A model generated the notes under the pieces. It was not told the DNA's origin. It saw only the letters and a list, made by a program, of their open reading frames with translations, and did not search any database. Of a stretch of DNA of 64,000 nucleotides, positions 50,077 to 61,567 are shown piece by piece (positions within the stretch are counted from its first letter, which is position 1; every line of letters starts with the position of its first letter). The stretch covers positions 1,245 through 65,244 of the forward strand of contig JBDRRB010000062.1 of assembly GCA_043825985.1 (NCBI GenBank). The letters are read 5' to 3'. The position numbers were made by a program, and so were the translations under genes. The stretch is from a bacterium. GTDB lineage: Bacteria; Patescibacteriota; Patescibacteriia; SG8-24.

Positions 50077-52233
50077 TTAGTTCGATTTCGCGTCGCCAGC
50101 CGCCTCGTCGCCCGAACGGCTCCGGTTTAGTCCCGGCAGGTAGAATGCGCTCGACCGGAGCGGCCCCCAGCCGGAAACCAGCCTCAGCAGGGTGCGACTG
50201 ACGGTAATTGCCGAGAACATCGAGACCAGCACTCCGATGCCCAAAGTGAAGGCAAACCCCTTGATCAGGGACGAGCTGGTGTAGAACAGGATGAAGCACG
50301 AGATGAGCGTCGTCAGGTTGGAGTCGCGGATCGACAGCCAGGCCCGACGGAAACCTTCCTCCAGGGCCGACTGCAGTGTCCGGCCGCGATGCAGCTCTTC
50401 CTTGAGCCGCTCGAATATCAAGATGTTCGCGTCGACGGCCATACCGACCGACAGGATCAGACCGGCGATGCCGGACAGGGTCAGGGTGACCGGGATCAGC
50501 TTGTACAGCGCCAAGTTGACCGAGGTGTAGATGCCCAGGGCGATGACCGCGATCAGGCCGGGCAGTCGGTAGTAGAGCAGCATGAACAGCACCACCACCA
50601 GGAATCCGATCAGTCCGGCCTTCAGCGAGAAGTTCAGCGAGTCGTTGCCCAGCGTGGCGCCGACCGACTGCTGCGTCTCGAGATGTATCGGGACCGGCAG
50701 CGCACCGGCGTTCAGGCGCTGGGCCAGCAGCTTGGCCTCCTGGATCGAGAAGTTTCCGCTGATAACCGCCTCGCCGCCGGTGATCGCCTCGTTGACGGTC
50801 GGTATGCTGATCGCCTCCCCGTCTAGGAAGATGGCCACCGGCTGGCCGACGTTGCGGCTGGTGATGTCGCCGAAGAGCTGCTTGCCCTCGTCGTTGAACT
50901 CCAGCGCTACCTGCGGCTCGTTGGTCTGCGGCTGAAACTGCACGGTCGAGCGCTTCAGCTGCTTGCCCGAAAGCTGGGTGTTCTTCCAGTCATCGGCCGG
51001 CGGGACGTAGTCTGACTCGAGCCTCTTCCGGAGAAGGATCTGCCGGAGATGATACTCGCGCACGGTCCGCTCGTCGGTCTTGTATATAATATGGAAACCG
51101 AAATCGGTCTCGACCGGAGAGGCCGAGATGCTGCCCACGGCCAGCGACTGCACGGCATCCTCGAACGGCTTGACCATGATTCCGTTCTGGAACCAGCCCA
51201 GGTCGCCGCCATTGCTGGCGTTGGCCGCATCGGAAGAGTTCTCGGCCGCCAGCTGGGCGAAGTTGTCCGTCGTGACCTGTCCGGTCAGGTCGGTCGCCAG
51301 GGCCAGGGCCTCGTCCTTGGTCCGGCTGGAATCGCAGCCCGGCGCGCCCGAATAGCAGATCAGGATATGCGAGGCCTTCATCTCCTTGGCCCCGTCGCGC
51401 TGGCCCTCATATCGCACCACATGATAGCCGTCATAGTCCTCGACGACCCGGCCGAGCACCTGCCCTTCGGCGATGCCGTCGGCGGCCACCGCCTTGATCA
51501 GCTCGCCGTAGCGGCTGTTGTCCGCTGACCAGCCGATGTCACCGCCGCTGCTCCTGGTGTCCAGCTCATCCGAGTTCTCGGCCGCCAGCTGGGCGAAGTC
51601 GGCGCCGGCCAGGGCCTGCGCCAGCAGTCCGTCCGCCTTGGCCTTGGCCTCCGCGTTCTTGCTCTCGAGATCGGCCCGCTCATCGGCCGTCAGGTCGCGC
51701 GGCGGCTGGTCGTTCTGCTCCTTGAACTCGAGGATCGGCGTCTCGCCGATCAGCTTGATCGCCTCCGATATGTCCGACACACCGGCCAGGTCCACGATCA
51801 GGCGCCACTCCTCGCCCGACTTGTTGGTCTGAACCAGCGGCTCCGACACGCCGAACGAGTTTACGCGCCGCTCGATGACGTCCCGCACGCCGGCGATGGA
51901 GCTGTCCTGCTCCGCTGCCGGAATGCTGCTCATGTCGGCGACGTAGACGAGATGTGTCCCTCCCTGCAGGTCCAGGCCGAGGACGAAAGGCAGATCCCAG
52001 AACATCGGGATCTTAAGATTGAAGCCTAACCGCTGCTCGGACCAGTCGTTGATTCGGCTGGCGGACGAGTTCCACCAGTTCGGATAGCTCATGGTTCCGG
52101 CCAGAAGCAACAGAACGACGATCAGCCCGGTCGCCCGCCGGACCCGGCCCCGCGGAGTGGTCGGAAGGACCAACGACGTCAGAGCCTTACCGATCCCGCC
52201 CAGCGCGCCACGAACTCCATTGAGATGATTCAT
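50077..52233 (-). CDS. secD: protein translocase subunit SecD carrying two tandem parvulin-type PPIase domains inserted in the periplasmic P1 region
   Basis: SecD base (LGLDLQGGTHLVYV...RRVNSFGVSEPLVQ) and C-terminal TM core (AVDANILIFERLKEE). Inserted between them are ...FAQLAAENSDELDTRSSGGDIGWS...GYHVVRY and KASHILICY...FAQLAAENSSDAANASNGGDLGWF...FGFHIIYK. Confidence 0.85.
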   Translation of the reverse strand: MNHLNGVRGALGGIGKALTSLVLPTTPRGRVRRATGLIVVLLLLAGTMSYPNWWNSSASRINDWSEQRLGFNLKIPMFWDLPFVLGLDLQGGTHLVYVADMSSIPAAEQDSSIAGVRDVIERRVNSFGVSEPLVQTNKSGEEWRLIVDLAGVSDISEAIKLIGETPILEFKEQNDQPPRDLTADERADLESKNAEAKAKADGLLAQALAGADFAQLAAENSDELDTRSSGGDIGWSADNSRYGELIKAVAADGIAEGQVLGRVVEDYDGYHVVRYEGQRDGAKEMKASHILICYSGAPGCDSSRTKDEALALATDLTGQVTTDNFAQLAAENSSDAANASNGGDLGWFQNGIMVKPFEDAVQSLAVGSISASPVETDFGFHIIYKTDERTVREYHLRQILLRKRLESDYVPPADDWKNTQLSGKQLKRSTVQFQPQTNEPQVALEFNDEGKQLFGDITSRNVGQPVAIFLDGEAISIPTVNEAITGGEAVISGNFSIQEAKLLAQRLNAGALPVPIHLETQQSVGATLGNDSLNFSLKAGLIGFLVVVLFMLLYYRLPGLIAVIALGIYTSVNLALYKLIPVTLTLSGIAGLILSVGMAVDANILIFERLKEELHRGRTLQSALEEGFRRAWLSIRDSNLTTLISCFILFYTSSSLIKGFAFTLGIGVLVSMFSAITVSRTLLRLVSGWGPLRSSAFYLPGLNRSRSGDEAAGDAKSN

Positions 52234-52429
52234 AATGATATGTATGAGGAAACCCCCGGAAAAAACGAGCGCTACGGGAAGTCCCGTACGCTGCGGTTAT
52301 TCACATCTAGCTGCCAACCATCCTAGTTAAAACCGCATCTTTTGGCAACAGGACGGACATCGCCCGGACAGCCAAAGGACGGGCCGCGAAAGCCCGCCCC
52401 AGCCGATTTGCTTCATTGGGTCGGACCGA

Positions 52430-52873
52430 TCAGGCCGGCTGGACGAACGGCGCGAAAGTCCGCTCCGGATGCGGTTCCGCCCGCTGCACCTTGGCCGCCT
52501 CGGATTCGGCTGCCGACACCGTCGTGTCATCCTTCTTGAAGCGAACGGTGAACTGCGGCACGTAGCGCGTGTCCTCGTCGACTATCTCCACGGTCTTTCC
52601 CTCGACGTACATGTTGAGCGCCAAGTCGGACAGCAGCTCGGTGTCCGCGGCGATCTCGTCCTTCAGGACCTCCATCCGGTCCACCTCCGACGAGCACGAC
52701 AGCTTGACGGTGCTCTCGATCGACTTCTGGCGCTCCTTGAGCGTCTTCAGCTCCTCGACCACCTGCTGATACTCGGGATTCTGGGCCAGCTCGTCCTTGA
52801 CGATGCGGTTCAGGTCACGGCGCTCCTTCTTCTTTTCCTTGATGCGACGGTGAACTTCGTTGATGTCCCACAT
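52430..52873 (-). CDS. hypothetical Lys/Glu-rich cytoplasmic protein
   Basis: 147 aa, coiled-coil-like N-terminus, no recognisable motif. Confidence 0.4.
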   Translation of the reverse strand: MWDINEVHRRIKEKKKERRDLNRIVKDELAQNPEYQQVVEELKTLKERQKSIESTVKLSCSSEVDRMEVLKDEIAADTELLSDLALNMYVEGKTVEIVDEDTRYVPQFTVRFKKDDTTVSAAESEAAKVQRAEPHPERTFAPFVQPA

Positions 52874-52957
52874 ATTGGTCTGGTTACGTAAGGAAGACGC
52901 GTTTGATGGTACCAGCTGACGGCCGCCCTGTCATCCCCAACGGAAGCGTCCGAACGG

Positions 52958-53377
52958 TCACTCGCGGCCGACCCGCTCCAGGTCGCCGTCGATCACGACC
53001 GGCCGGAAGGCCTCGATCTCGGTCCGATAGTGGGGCATGTCGGGAATCGGGTTGAGCAAAAAGATCCGCTGGTCCAGCACGTGGGCGAAACCCATCTCGA
53101 GGAAAGTGTTGCCGCCGATGTAGTTGCCGATGCCATGCTTGTCGAGATTCATCACCAGTACGGCGTCTCCGCCCTGCATCAGGCGCCAGAACTCGCGGAT
53201 GGCGTCCTGGTTGTTCTTCTGCTCGATCTTGATCCGTTCCTTCTCCTCGTCGTCCTTCCCGACGAACGGATCGGCTAGGCCGGTCAGGTAGGCGTCGTGT
53301 CCGAGCTCGATCAGCCGGTCCCTGGTCTCGATCATCCTTTCCGTGAAGTGCATGCTGCCGATGATTCCGATGCGCAT
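52958..53377 (-). CDS. nucleoside 2-deoxyribosyltransferase / DNPH1(Rcl)-like protein
   Basis: MRIGIIGSM... with GGNTFLEMGFAHVLDQRIFLL, which matches the G-x-x-F-E-x-G-y-A block carrying the catalytic Glu in the NDT/Rcl superfamily. Confidence 0.55.
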   Translation of the reverse strand: MRIGIIGSMHFTERMIETRDRLIELGHDAYLTGLADPFVGKDDEEKERIKIEQKNNQDAIREFWRLMQGGDAVLVMNLDKHGIGNYIGGNTFLEMGFAHVLDQRIFLLNPIPDMPHYRTEIEAFRPVVIDGDLERVGRE

Positions 53378-53395
53378 ATCTTCAGTGCTTAAGAG

Positions 53396-53878
53396 CTAGG
53401 CTGCCGCTTGGTATTCGTAGGACTTTTGCAGATATTCCTCGGCCGAAAAGGACGCGCTGCCGCCGTCCGGGGTGCGCAGGACGAACTCGGCCACGCCCAC
53501 GTCACGCATCATCTTGGTGCAGACGGTGCAGTAGAGCCGGATCTCCCCGTCCTGGGAACGCGGCCGACCGTCGGGCAGCAGGCCGACCATGTACATGACC
53601 GAGCCGCGCAGCTTGCCAGGATGATGGGCCAATGCATCCATGACTGCCCGCTGCTCGGCGTGCACGCAGCAGGTCTTGTCCGTCACCTTGGGGTCGTAGG
53701 ACGACTTGCGTCGGTCGCAGCGCCGTTCCCGTTCGTCATTGTCCGGCGGCGAGTTGAAGCCCCGACCGACGATCTCACTGCCGCTCACGAGCACTGCCCC
53801 ACACCACGCCCGCGTGCAGGTTGCCTGACGGGCTGCCCGCTCCGCTTCTTCAAGCCATCTGTTCGTTTCGTTTTCCAT
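53396..53878 (-). CDS. dCMP/CMP-type zinc deaminase (ComEB-like deoxycytidylate deaminase)
   Basis: CGAVLVSGSEIVGRGFNSPP. CVHAEQRAV (H-A-E). CTVC (PCxxC-type). Confidence 0.8.
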   Translation of the reverse strand: MENETNRWLEEAERAARQATCTRAWCGAVLVSGSEIVGRGFNSPPDNDERERRCDRRKSSYDPKVTDKTCCVHAEQRAVMDALAHHPGKLRGSVMYMVGLLPDGRPRSQDGEIRLYCTVCTKMMRDVGVAEFVLRTPDGGSASFSAEEYLQKSYEYQAAA

Positions 53879-53881
53879 AAG

Positions 53882-54289
53882 TCAAGACTTGCCTAAGACT
53901 ATTCGCTCATAGGCCTGTTCCGCCGCCGCCCGACTGATACCAAAACGGCCCAGCTGCTTGATCACCTTCTCCAGCTTGGTGCAGTTACCGCAAAAACGCG
54001 AACTGTCTTCCGGCAGCCCGACCGCCACGTAGAGCTGCCGCCAGATCTTGAGCCTGCCCATGAACTTGTCGGTCGACTCGCTGGTCGACGGCCACAGTTC
54101 CCCGTCGAGGCCAAATCTCCAGAACAGCCACAGCTGAATGAAATGAAGCACGTCGCCCCATTCCTCCCGCATGCCGACCCGGTTCCAGTGCAGCATCTCG
54201 ACTAGCCACTCGACAAACTCGGCCCAGATATGTCGGAACCTTATCCGATCGTTCGAGGTCCATTCCAAAATGTATTGGCTGATCTTCAT
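53882..54289 (-). CDS. hypothetical protein, possibly a MazG/HisE-like all-alpha NTP pyrophosphohydrolase
   Basis: Trp-rich 135 aa with acidic helical motifs AEFVEWLVEM and EEWGDVLHFIQLW. Assignment is weak. Confidence 0.3.
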   Translation of the reverse strand: MKISQYILEWTSNDRIRFRHIWAEFVEWLVEMLHWNRVGMREEWGDVLHFIQLWLFWRFGLDGELWPSTSESTDKFMGRLKIWRQLYVAVGLPEDSSRFCGNCTKLEKVIKQLGRFGISRAAAEQAYERIVLGKS

Positions 54290-54430
54290 GTCGAAATATG
54301 AATTTATATTTCTTTTCCGGCATTAAACCATCTTTCGAACCAATTTTCTACCGTCCCGACCAATAAAAAAGACAAGGCGAAATAATGCGCTTGTCATTAC
54401 GTCGAGGGCCGGCCAGATGCATCCGGAGCA

Positions 54431-55003
54431 TCACTTTTGTCCCTTTCCGGCCTCCTCTGGCATTAGTTCGTGATAGTGCTCCGGATTCTCCAGCTGGATC
54501 AGGGCCATCACTACCGCCTGCCGGTTGTATTCGGTCCGGTCCATCCGACCGTGAGTCAGGATCGCGATGCCGCCGCCGGTCGTACCGATCTTGTCGTGTT
54601 TGGTCAGGCCGACCCTCTTCAATGCCTGACTGCCATCCAGCTTGCCACTGACGATCAGCCTAGTCACCTCTGACGGCCACTCGTGACCCGGCGAAAACCC
54701 CCAGGCAAAATCCTGACCGTCGAAAATAACGCAGGCACAGACCTCGACAAAACCGGTCGTCGTCCCCGGAGCCTCCATCAGGCCGCCCTCCAGACCAACT
54801 CCCAGGTCGCAGCCAACGAGTGCCTGCCGGGCCCGTTCCTTGGCTCCGGCCATGACCGCCGGCAGGCCAACCGGATGCCCGAACTCTTCAACCTTCACCT
54901 CACAAGCGACAATTACTGCGTCCGCAAAGAACTTGCTTGCCCCGAACGCCCGGGCAACGGCCGTCGTCTTGGTCTCGTTGTGAGAACCGACACCAACTTT
55001 CAT
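54431..55003 (-). CDS. inosine/xanthosine triphosphatase (YjjX/DUF84 non-canonical purine NTPase)
   Basis: GGIAILTHGRMDRTEYNRQAVVMAL parallels E. coli YjjX [25 protein letters not shown]. The preceding FDGQDFAWGFSPG block also parallels YjjX. Confidence 0.7.
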   Translation of the reverse strand: MKVGVGSHNETKTTAVARAFGASKFFADAVIVACEVKVEEFGHPVGLPAVMAGAKERARQALVGCDLGVGLEGGLMEAPGTTTGFVEVCACVIFDGQDFAWGFSPGHEWPSEVTRLIVSGKLDGSQALKRVGLTKHDKIGTTGGGIAILTHGRMDRTEYNRQAVVMALIQLENPEHYHELMPEEAGKGQK

Positions 55004-55015
55004 ATCGACCTCCAG

Positions 55016-55447
55016 TTACCTTTTTAGCTCAACGATGTCCCTAACTGCAACCCAGGCTGACATCAACCCATATCCGGCCTTGTCGACCTCGAACGGTTCG
55101 ACCGGCTCGGGACGTTCCAGCCAGATCAGAATGCAGTAACGCTTGTCCTTCACCCAGGACAGAAAATCGGTCCGACCCTCGACCGTTATGCCAATCGCCG
55201 GACCGTAAAGATTCACCAGATCCTCGACCTTCTCCGGCGTCAGGTCGGCGAACTGCCTGACCTGCTTGACCCGGGCCCGCACCGTGACCGACTCGCCGGA
55301 ATTCTTGAGCCAGACCGTGTCATCGACCGCGATCCGATCCCACGGTGCCCGCCGGGTCTGATACCAGCGCGATTCGATCGTCTTCTCGCCCGAAAGAATC
55401 TTGGGCAGCAGGCCCAACGACTTTTTCATTATCGCCAGGTGTTGCAT
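55016..55447 (-). CDS. ASCH-domain protein (YqfB-like PUA-fold)
   Basis: KILSGEKTIESRW...TVWLKNSGESVTVRARV is the ASCH signature. Confidence 0.65.
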   Translation of the reverse strand: MQHLAIMKKSLGLLPKILSGEKTIESRWYQTRRAPWDRIAVDDTVWLKNSGESVTVRARVKQVRQFADLTPEKVEDLVNLYGPAIGITVEGRTDFLSWVKDKRYCILIWLERPEPVEPFEVDKAGYGLMSAWVAVRDIVELKR

Positions 55448-55968
55448 GGTGCTGGTGCAGCTCGAAAGAGACTGACAGTCTGCTCGACTTCCTCCGGAAT
55501 GCCCTGGATGCAGTCGAGCTCTCGAACTTCAGCGGCATCGGCCCAGACGAAACCGGAGAACGATCCTTCCTCCAGCCTCACCTCCCCACCCCGGTAACGT
55601 GCGGCGAACTTAATCAGGACAGTCGGCACGCCGTCCGGCCGAACGTAGGCCACGCTGTTAACGTACTTCGGCTCCGGCTCGATCTTAACCCCGGCCTCTT
55701 CCCGCACCTCGCGGACCAGCAGCTCCTCGACCGCGTTCTCGTAGTCGAGTACCTCCCCGTTGATGCGGGTCGGTCGCTCCAAGTCGAGCTGGCTCCACTC
55801 CAGCTTGCCGCCCGGTACGCAGTACTTGCCCGGATGGACCTTCTCCACCTCGCTGCGCCGGAGCAGCAGGCACCGCCCGTCGGTCTCGCGGTAGACCACG
55901 ACGTTGGCCACGAAGTAGAACAGCTTGTCCGACTTGGCTTTCTCCAAAGAGATCTTTTCGGCCGGCAT
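55429..55968 (-). CDS. Nudix hydrolase
   Basis: Nudix box GGKLEW...ENAVEELLVREVREEAGV (REVxEExGV). Confidence 0.85.
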   Translation of the reverse strand: MPAEKISLEKAKSDKLFYFVANVVVYRETDGRCLLLRRSEVEKVHPGKYCVPGGKLEWSQLDLERPTRINGEVLDYENAVEELLVREVREEAGVKIEPEPKYVNSVAYVRPDGVPTVLIKFAARYRGGEVRLEEGSFSGFVWADAAEVRELDCIQGIPEEVEQTVSLFRAAPAPCNTWR

Positions 55969-55995
55969 AAAGGATAGCTCAAGGAGGGCAATCAG

Positions 55996-56217
55996 TTACT
56001 GACTCAGGAAATCAAACCGAGGAACCTTCCGGCCGTCGACTTCGACTTCCTCGAAAAACATCTCCAGCGGCCGGACCCAGATCTGCCCGTCGCCGTACAG
56101 GGCCCGATACACCACCATCTCCTCCAGGGTCTCGCTGTGCCGGGCCACACCAACCACTTCGTACTCGTGGCCTTTGTAGTGACGGTACCTCCCCGACTTC
56201 AGAGAACTACTTTTCAT
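55996..56217 (-). CDS. DUF1653-domain protein
   Basis: GRYRHYKGHEYEVVGVARHSETLEEMVVYRALYGDGQIWVRPLEMF matches the DUF1653 pattern. Confidence 0.7.
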   Translation of the reverse strand: MKSSSLKSGRYRHYKGHEYEVVGVARHSETLEEMVVYRALYGDGQIWVRPLEMFFEEVEVDGRKVPRFDFLSQ

Positions 56218-56245
56218 GATGCGTTTCTCTAGATCTCGACTGAAT

Positions 56246-56632
56246 CTAAACCATCAAATCTTTAATCCGGCAGCTTTTTGGTATTCCGCCACGCAAGACG
56301 ATCACCCGAATTTCATCCCCATAAAAACTTATCAACTCCTGGCAGGTCCGGCATGGAGAGATGACGGTCGGAGTGGGAACGTCACGATTCTGAACGGCAA
56401 CTATCGAATCAAACCCCCGCTCACCGTTCGTTACTGCCGCACCCATGGCTACATGTTCTGCACAGACATCAACTCTTTGAGATTCGAGATGAACGCCGAC
56501 ATAGATCTTTCCAGATTTAGCGCGGACAGCAGCTCCGACATGATGTTTTCCATACAAAAAATTCTTCTTTATGACTGCAGTTGCGGCCTCAACTAATTCA
56601 TGATCTTCCGTCGTGACCTCGGTACATTCCAT
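56246..56632 (-). CDS. cdd: cytidine deaminase (homotetrameric type)
   Basis: CAEHVAMGAAV (C-A-E) and PCRTCQELI (PCxxC), 128 aa. Confidence 0.85.
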   Translation of the reverse strand: MECTEVTTEDHELVEAATAVIKKNFLYGKHHVGAAVRAKSGKIYVGVHLESQRVDVCAEHVAMGAAVTNGERGFDSIVAVQNRDVPTPTVISPCRTCQELISFYGDEIRVIVLRGGIPKSCRIKDLMV

Positions 56633-56668
56633 GGTTCCTGATTCTCATGGCACTTCTTGCCTCTCTTT

Positions 56669-57241
56669 CTACTTGGCGGGAATTCCGAACTTCTTTTCCA
56701 GTAATAGATATGGATACCCGACGAAGTCTTGTTCTAGGATTTGACAGCCTGTTTTTTCCACGAATTCTCTCATTTCTTCGGCCACCTTCTTGGTGTCTGA
56801 CACGTTTTCGTCGCCCTTATATTCCACCTCTACATAGTCACCCAACCCCTCGACACAATCCAGCGCAATCTCGTAGTCCTTGAACATGAAAGTCCTTCTT
56901 TCCTTGTCGACTACGATGAGCGATTCGAAATCAAGCGCTCTAAGGATATTTTTCAGCCCAACGGGATTATCGAGCCCCACCTCATACTCATCGCAATGAT
57001 AGGCCCTGCCGTCATCCGCATAATGCCAATTCTTGTAGTCCAATGAACACCTTCCTTCTTCCTCCCTTAATCGAAGCCATTCTTTTACGGGCTCTTCTTT
57101 GACGAAATTCCTGTTGGCCGGAGTGAAATATTCGTCTCTTTGGTGCTTTTCGGACTTCAAACTTCCATTCTCTTCCAAAAATCTCAACAATGGCTCGCTA
57201 TCTTTAGCTCGTATCTTGATTTCGATCTCCCTGTTCGTCAT
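56669..57241 (-). CDS. CYTH-domain protein (CyaB/thiamine-triphosphatase-like triphosphate tunnel metalloenzyme)
   Basis: N-terminal EIEIKIR (ExExK) and acidic C-terminal half. Lies in a slightly AT-richer patch. Confidence 0.7.
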   Translation of the reverse strand: MTNREIEIKIRAKDSEPLLRFLEENGSLKSEKHQRDEYFTPANRNFVKEEPVKEWLRLREEEGRCSLDYKNWHYADDGRAYHCDEYEVGLDNPVGLKNILRALDFESLIVVDKERRTFMFKDYEIALDCVEGLGDYVEVEYKGDENVSDTKKVAEEMREFVEKTGCQILEQDFVGYPYLLLEKKFGIPAK

Positions 57242-57315
57242 ATGGATTTCTCGCGCCTCGAGCCGCTATCACTCCAGCCAAAAAATGCCGACAAATTACG
57301 CTCGGACAGCCAAAA

Positions 57316-60120
<2,805 letters not shown>

Positions 60121-60256
60121 GGTAAACCCGTTAGATTGACGGCCTCAATATATACTCGCCGCAGCGAACCGTCCACTGTCCGGCCTCCGGCCCGACCGGA
60201 TAAAGAAGGCAGCGGTATGATCCGCTGCCTAGCCAGTATGACGGACTTTCCGGCCG

Positions 60257-60565
60257 TCAGCCGATCTTTTCCTTGTGCTCGATGATCTGCCGCCGGGCCC
60301 GGTCGCGCGCCTCGCGGATGGCGACGTACAGGTCCTCGGCTTCGGCCTCGGCGTAGATCGACTTGCCGGGCAGCACGATCCGCACCTCCGCCCGGAAGAA
60401 CGGACCCTTGTTGTGGTGTCCAGTCGTCTTGCCGACCTCCACCTCGACCTCCACCGACTCGCCGAAGCGCTCCAGCTCCGACTCCAGCTTGGTCAGGCGC
60501 TCCTCGACGGACGACCTGATGGCTTCGGTCAGGTCGATGGCCTTGGTCTTTATGTCGATATGCAT
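60257..60565 (-). CDS. hpf: ribosome hibernation promoting factor (short HPF/RaiA)
   Basis: MHIDIKTKAIDLTEAIRSSVEERLTKLE...FRAEVRIVLPGKSIYAEAEAEDLYVAIREA. Confidence 0.88.
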   Translation of the reverse strand: MHIDIKTKAIDLTEAIRSSVEERLTKLESELERFGESVEVEVEVGKTTGHHNKGPFFRAEVRIVLPGKSIYAEAEAEDLYVAIREARDRARRQIIEHKEKIG

Positions 60566-60601
60566 AACGTGAGTCGTTAGCGTTCGTTAGTTATTGCGAG
60601 G

Positions 60602-61567
60602 CTAAAGGTTGCAGCGGCGGAAGAGCTCCTCCAGAGAGGAGGACGGGATGTACGACGTCCCGCCCGACTGCCGCTCGTTCTTGCGCGGATACATGACCGA
60701 CTGCGGATCGTCGTCGTGTCCCAGGCCGAGGGCATGCCCCAGCTCGTGGGTCAGCAGCATGACCAGGTCCTCGCGGTCGTCGAACTGATAGACGTTGATC
60801 GTCCCCGACCCGTAAACGCCCTGCTCGTCGTTGCTCTCGTCGACGGCGAACGCCTCGTTGAAGCGGCTGACTCCGGTGTTGAACGAGCTGACCCGGTCCT
60901 GCTCGCGGCCGGCCAGCCCGTTGAGCCGGTCGGCCAGTCGGTTCTGCTCCTCGACCAGCGCGTCCAGCTCCCCGACGAACTGGTCGAGCCGCTCCTGCTC
61001 GCGCCGCAGCTCGTCGTAGGTGTCGCGCGGCGCACCGCCGCGGGCGTTCCAGGCCCGGACCGTCAGCTCGAACAGCCTCAGCCGTTCCTCGTAGTCCGCC
61101 TTCAGCCCGGCGATCGTCCACGCCCGCTCGTCGTAGGCCGCCTTGAGCTGCTGATACTCGTTGGTGATTGTTCCCAGCTCCGACTCCAGCCGCTGACGCT
61201 CCTCCCTCAGCCGATCGAGTTCCTGCGTCGCGAGCTGCCGGTCGTCGAACACCAGGTTGACCGCCACGGCGCTGCTGTCGGACTGGTCCTCGCGAAACAG
61301 TTCCTGCCCGGTCGACTCCTCCCAGCGAGACTCGGCCTCGTGCAGCGCGTCGGCCAGCTCCTGCCGGGAGATTCCGAACCGCTCGTCGAAGTGCCCGACC
61401 CGATACTCGACCGGCAGCCCGCAGACGTTGCCGTCGAACCACCACCAGACCGCGCCGACCGCGACCGCCGCCAGGGCCACCCAGCGCCAGCGCGCCGCGA
61501 CCGACCTGACCAGCGCGAAGCGGCCGGGCGATGCGCTGCGGACGGGCTGCAGTTCAGAATCCGACAT
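60602..61567 (-). CDS. membrane-anchored metzincin-type zinc metalloprotease with central coiled coil
   Basis: TM WRWVALAAVAVGAVWWWF. HELGHALGLGHDDDPQSVMYP is HExxHxxGxxH plus a Met-turn. Coiled-coil repeats precede the protease motif. Confidence 0.7.
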   Translation of the reverse strand: MSDSELQPVRSASPGRFALVRSVAARWRWVALAAVAVGAVWWWFDGNVCGLPVEYRVGHFDERFGISRQELADALHEAESRWEESTGQELFREDQSDSSAVAVNLVFDDRQLATQELDRLREERQRLESELGTITNEYQQLKAAYDERAWTIAGLKADYEERLRLFELTVRAWNARGGAPRDTYDELRREQERLDQFVGELDALVEEQNRLADRLNGLAGREQDRVSSFNTGVSRFNEAFAVDESNDEQGVYGSGTINVYQFDDREDLVMLLTHELGHALGLGHDDDPQSVMYPRKNERQSGGTSYIPSSSLEELFRRCNL

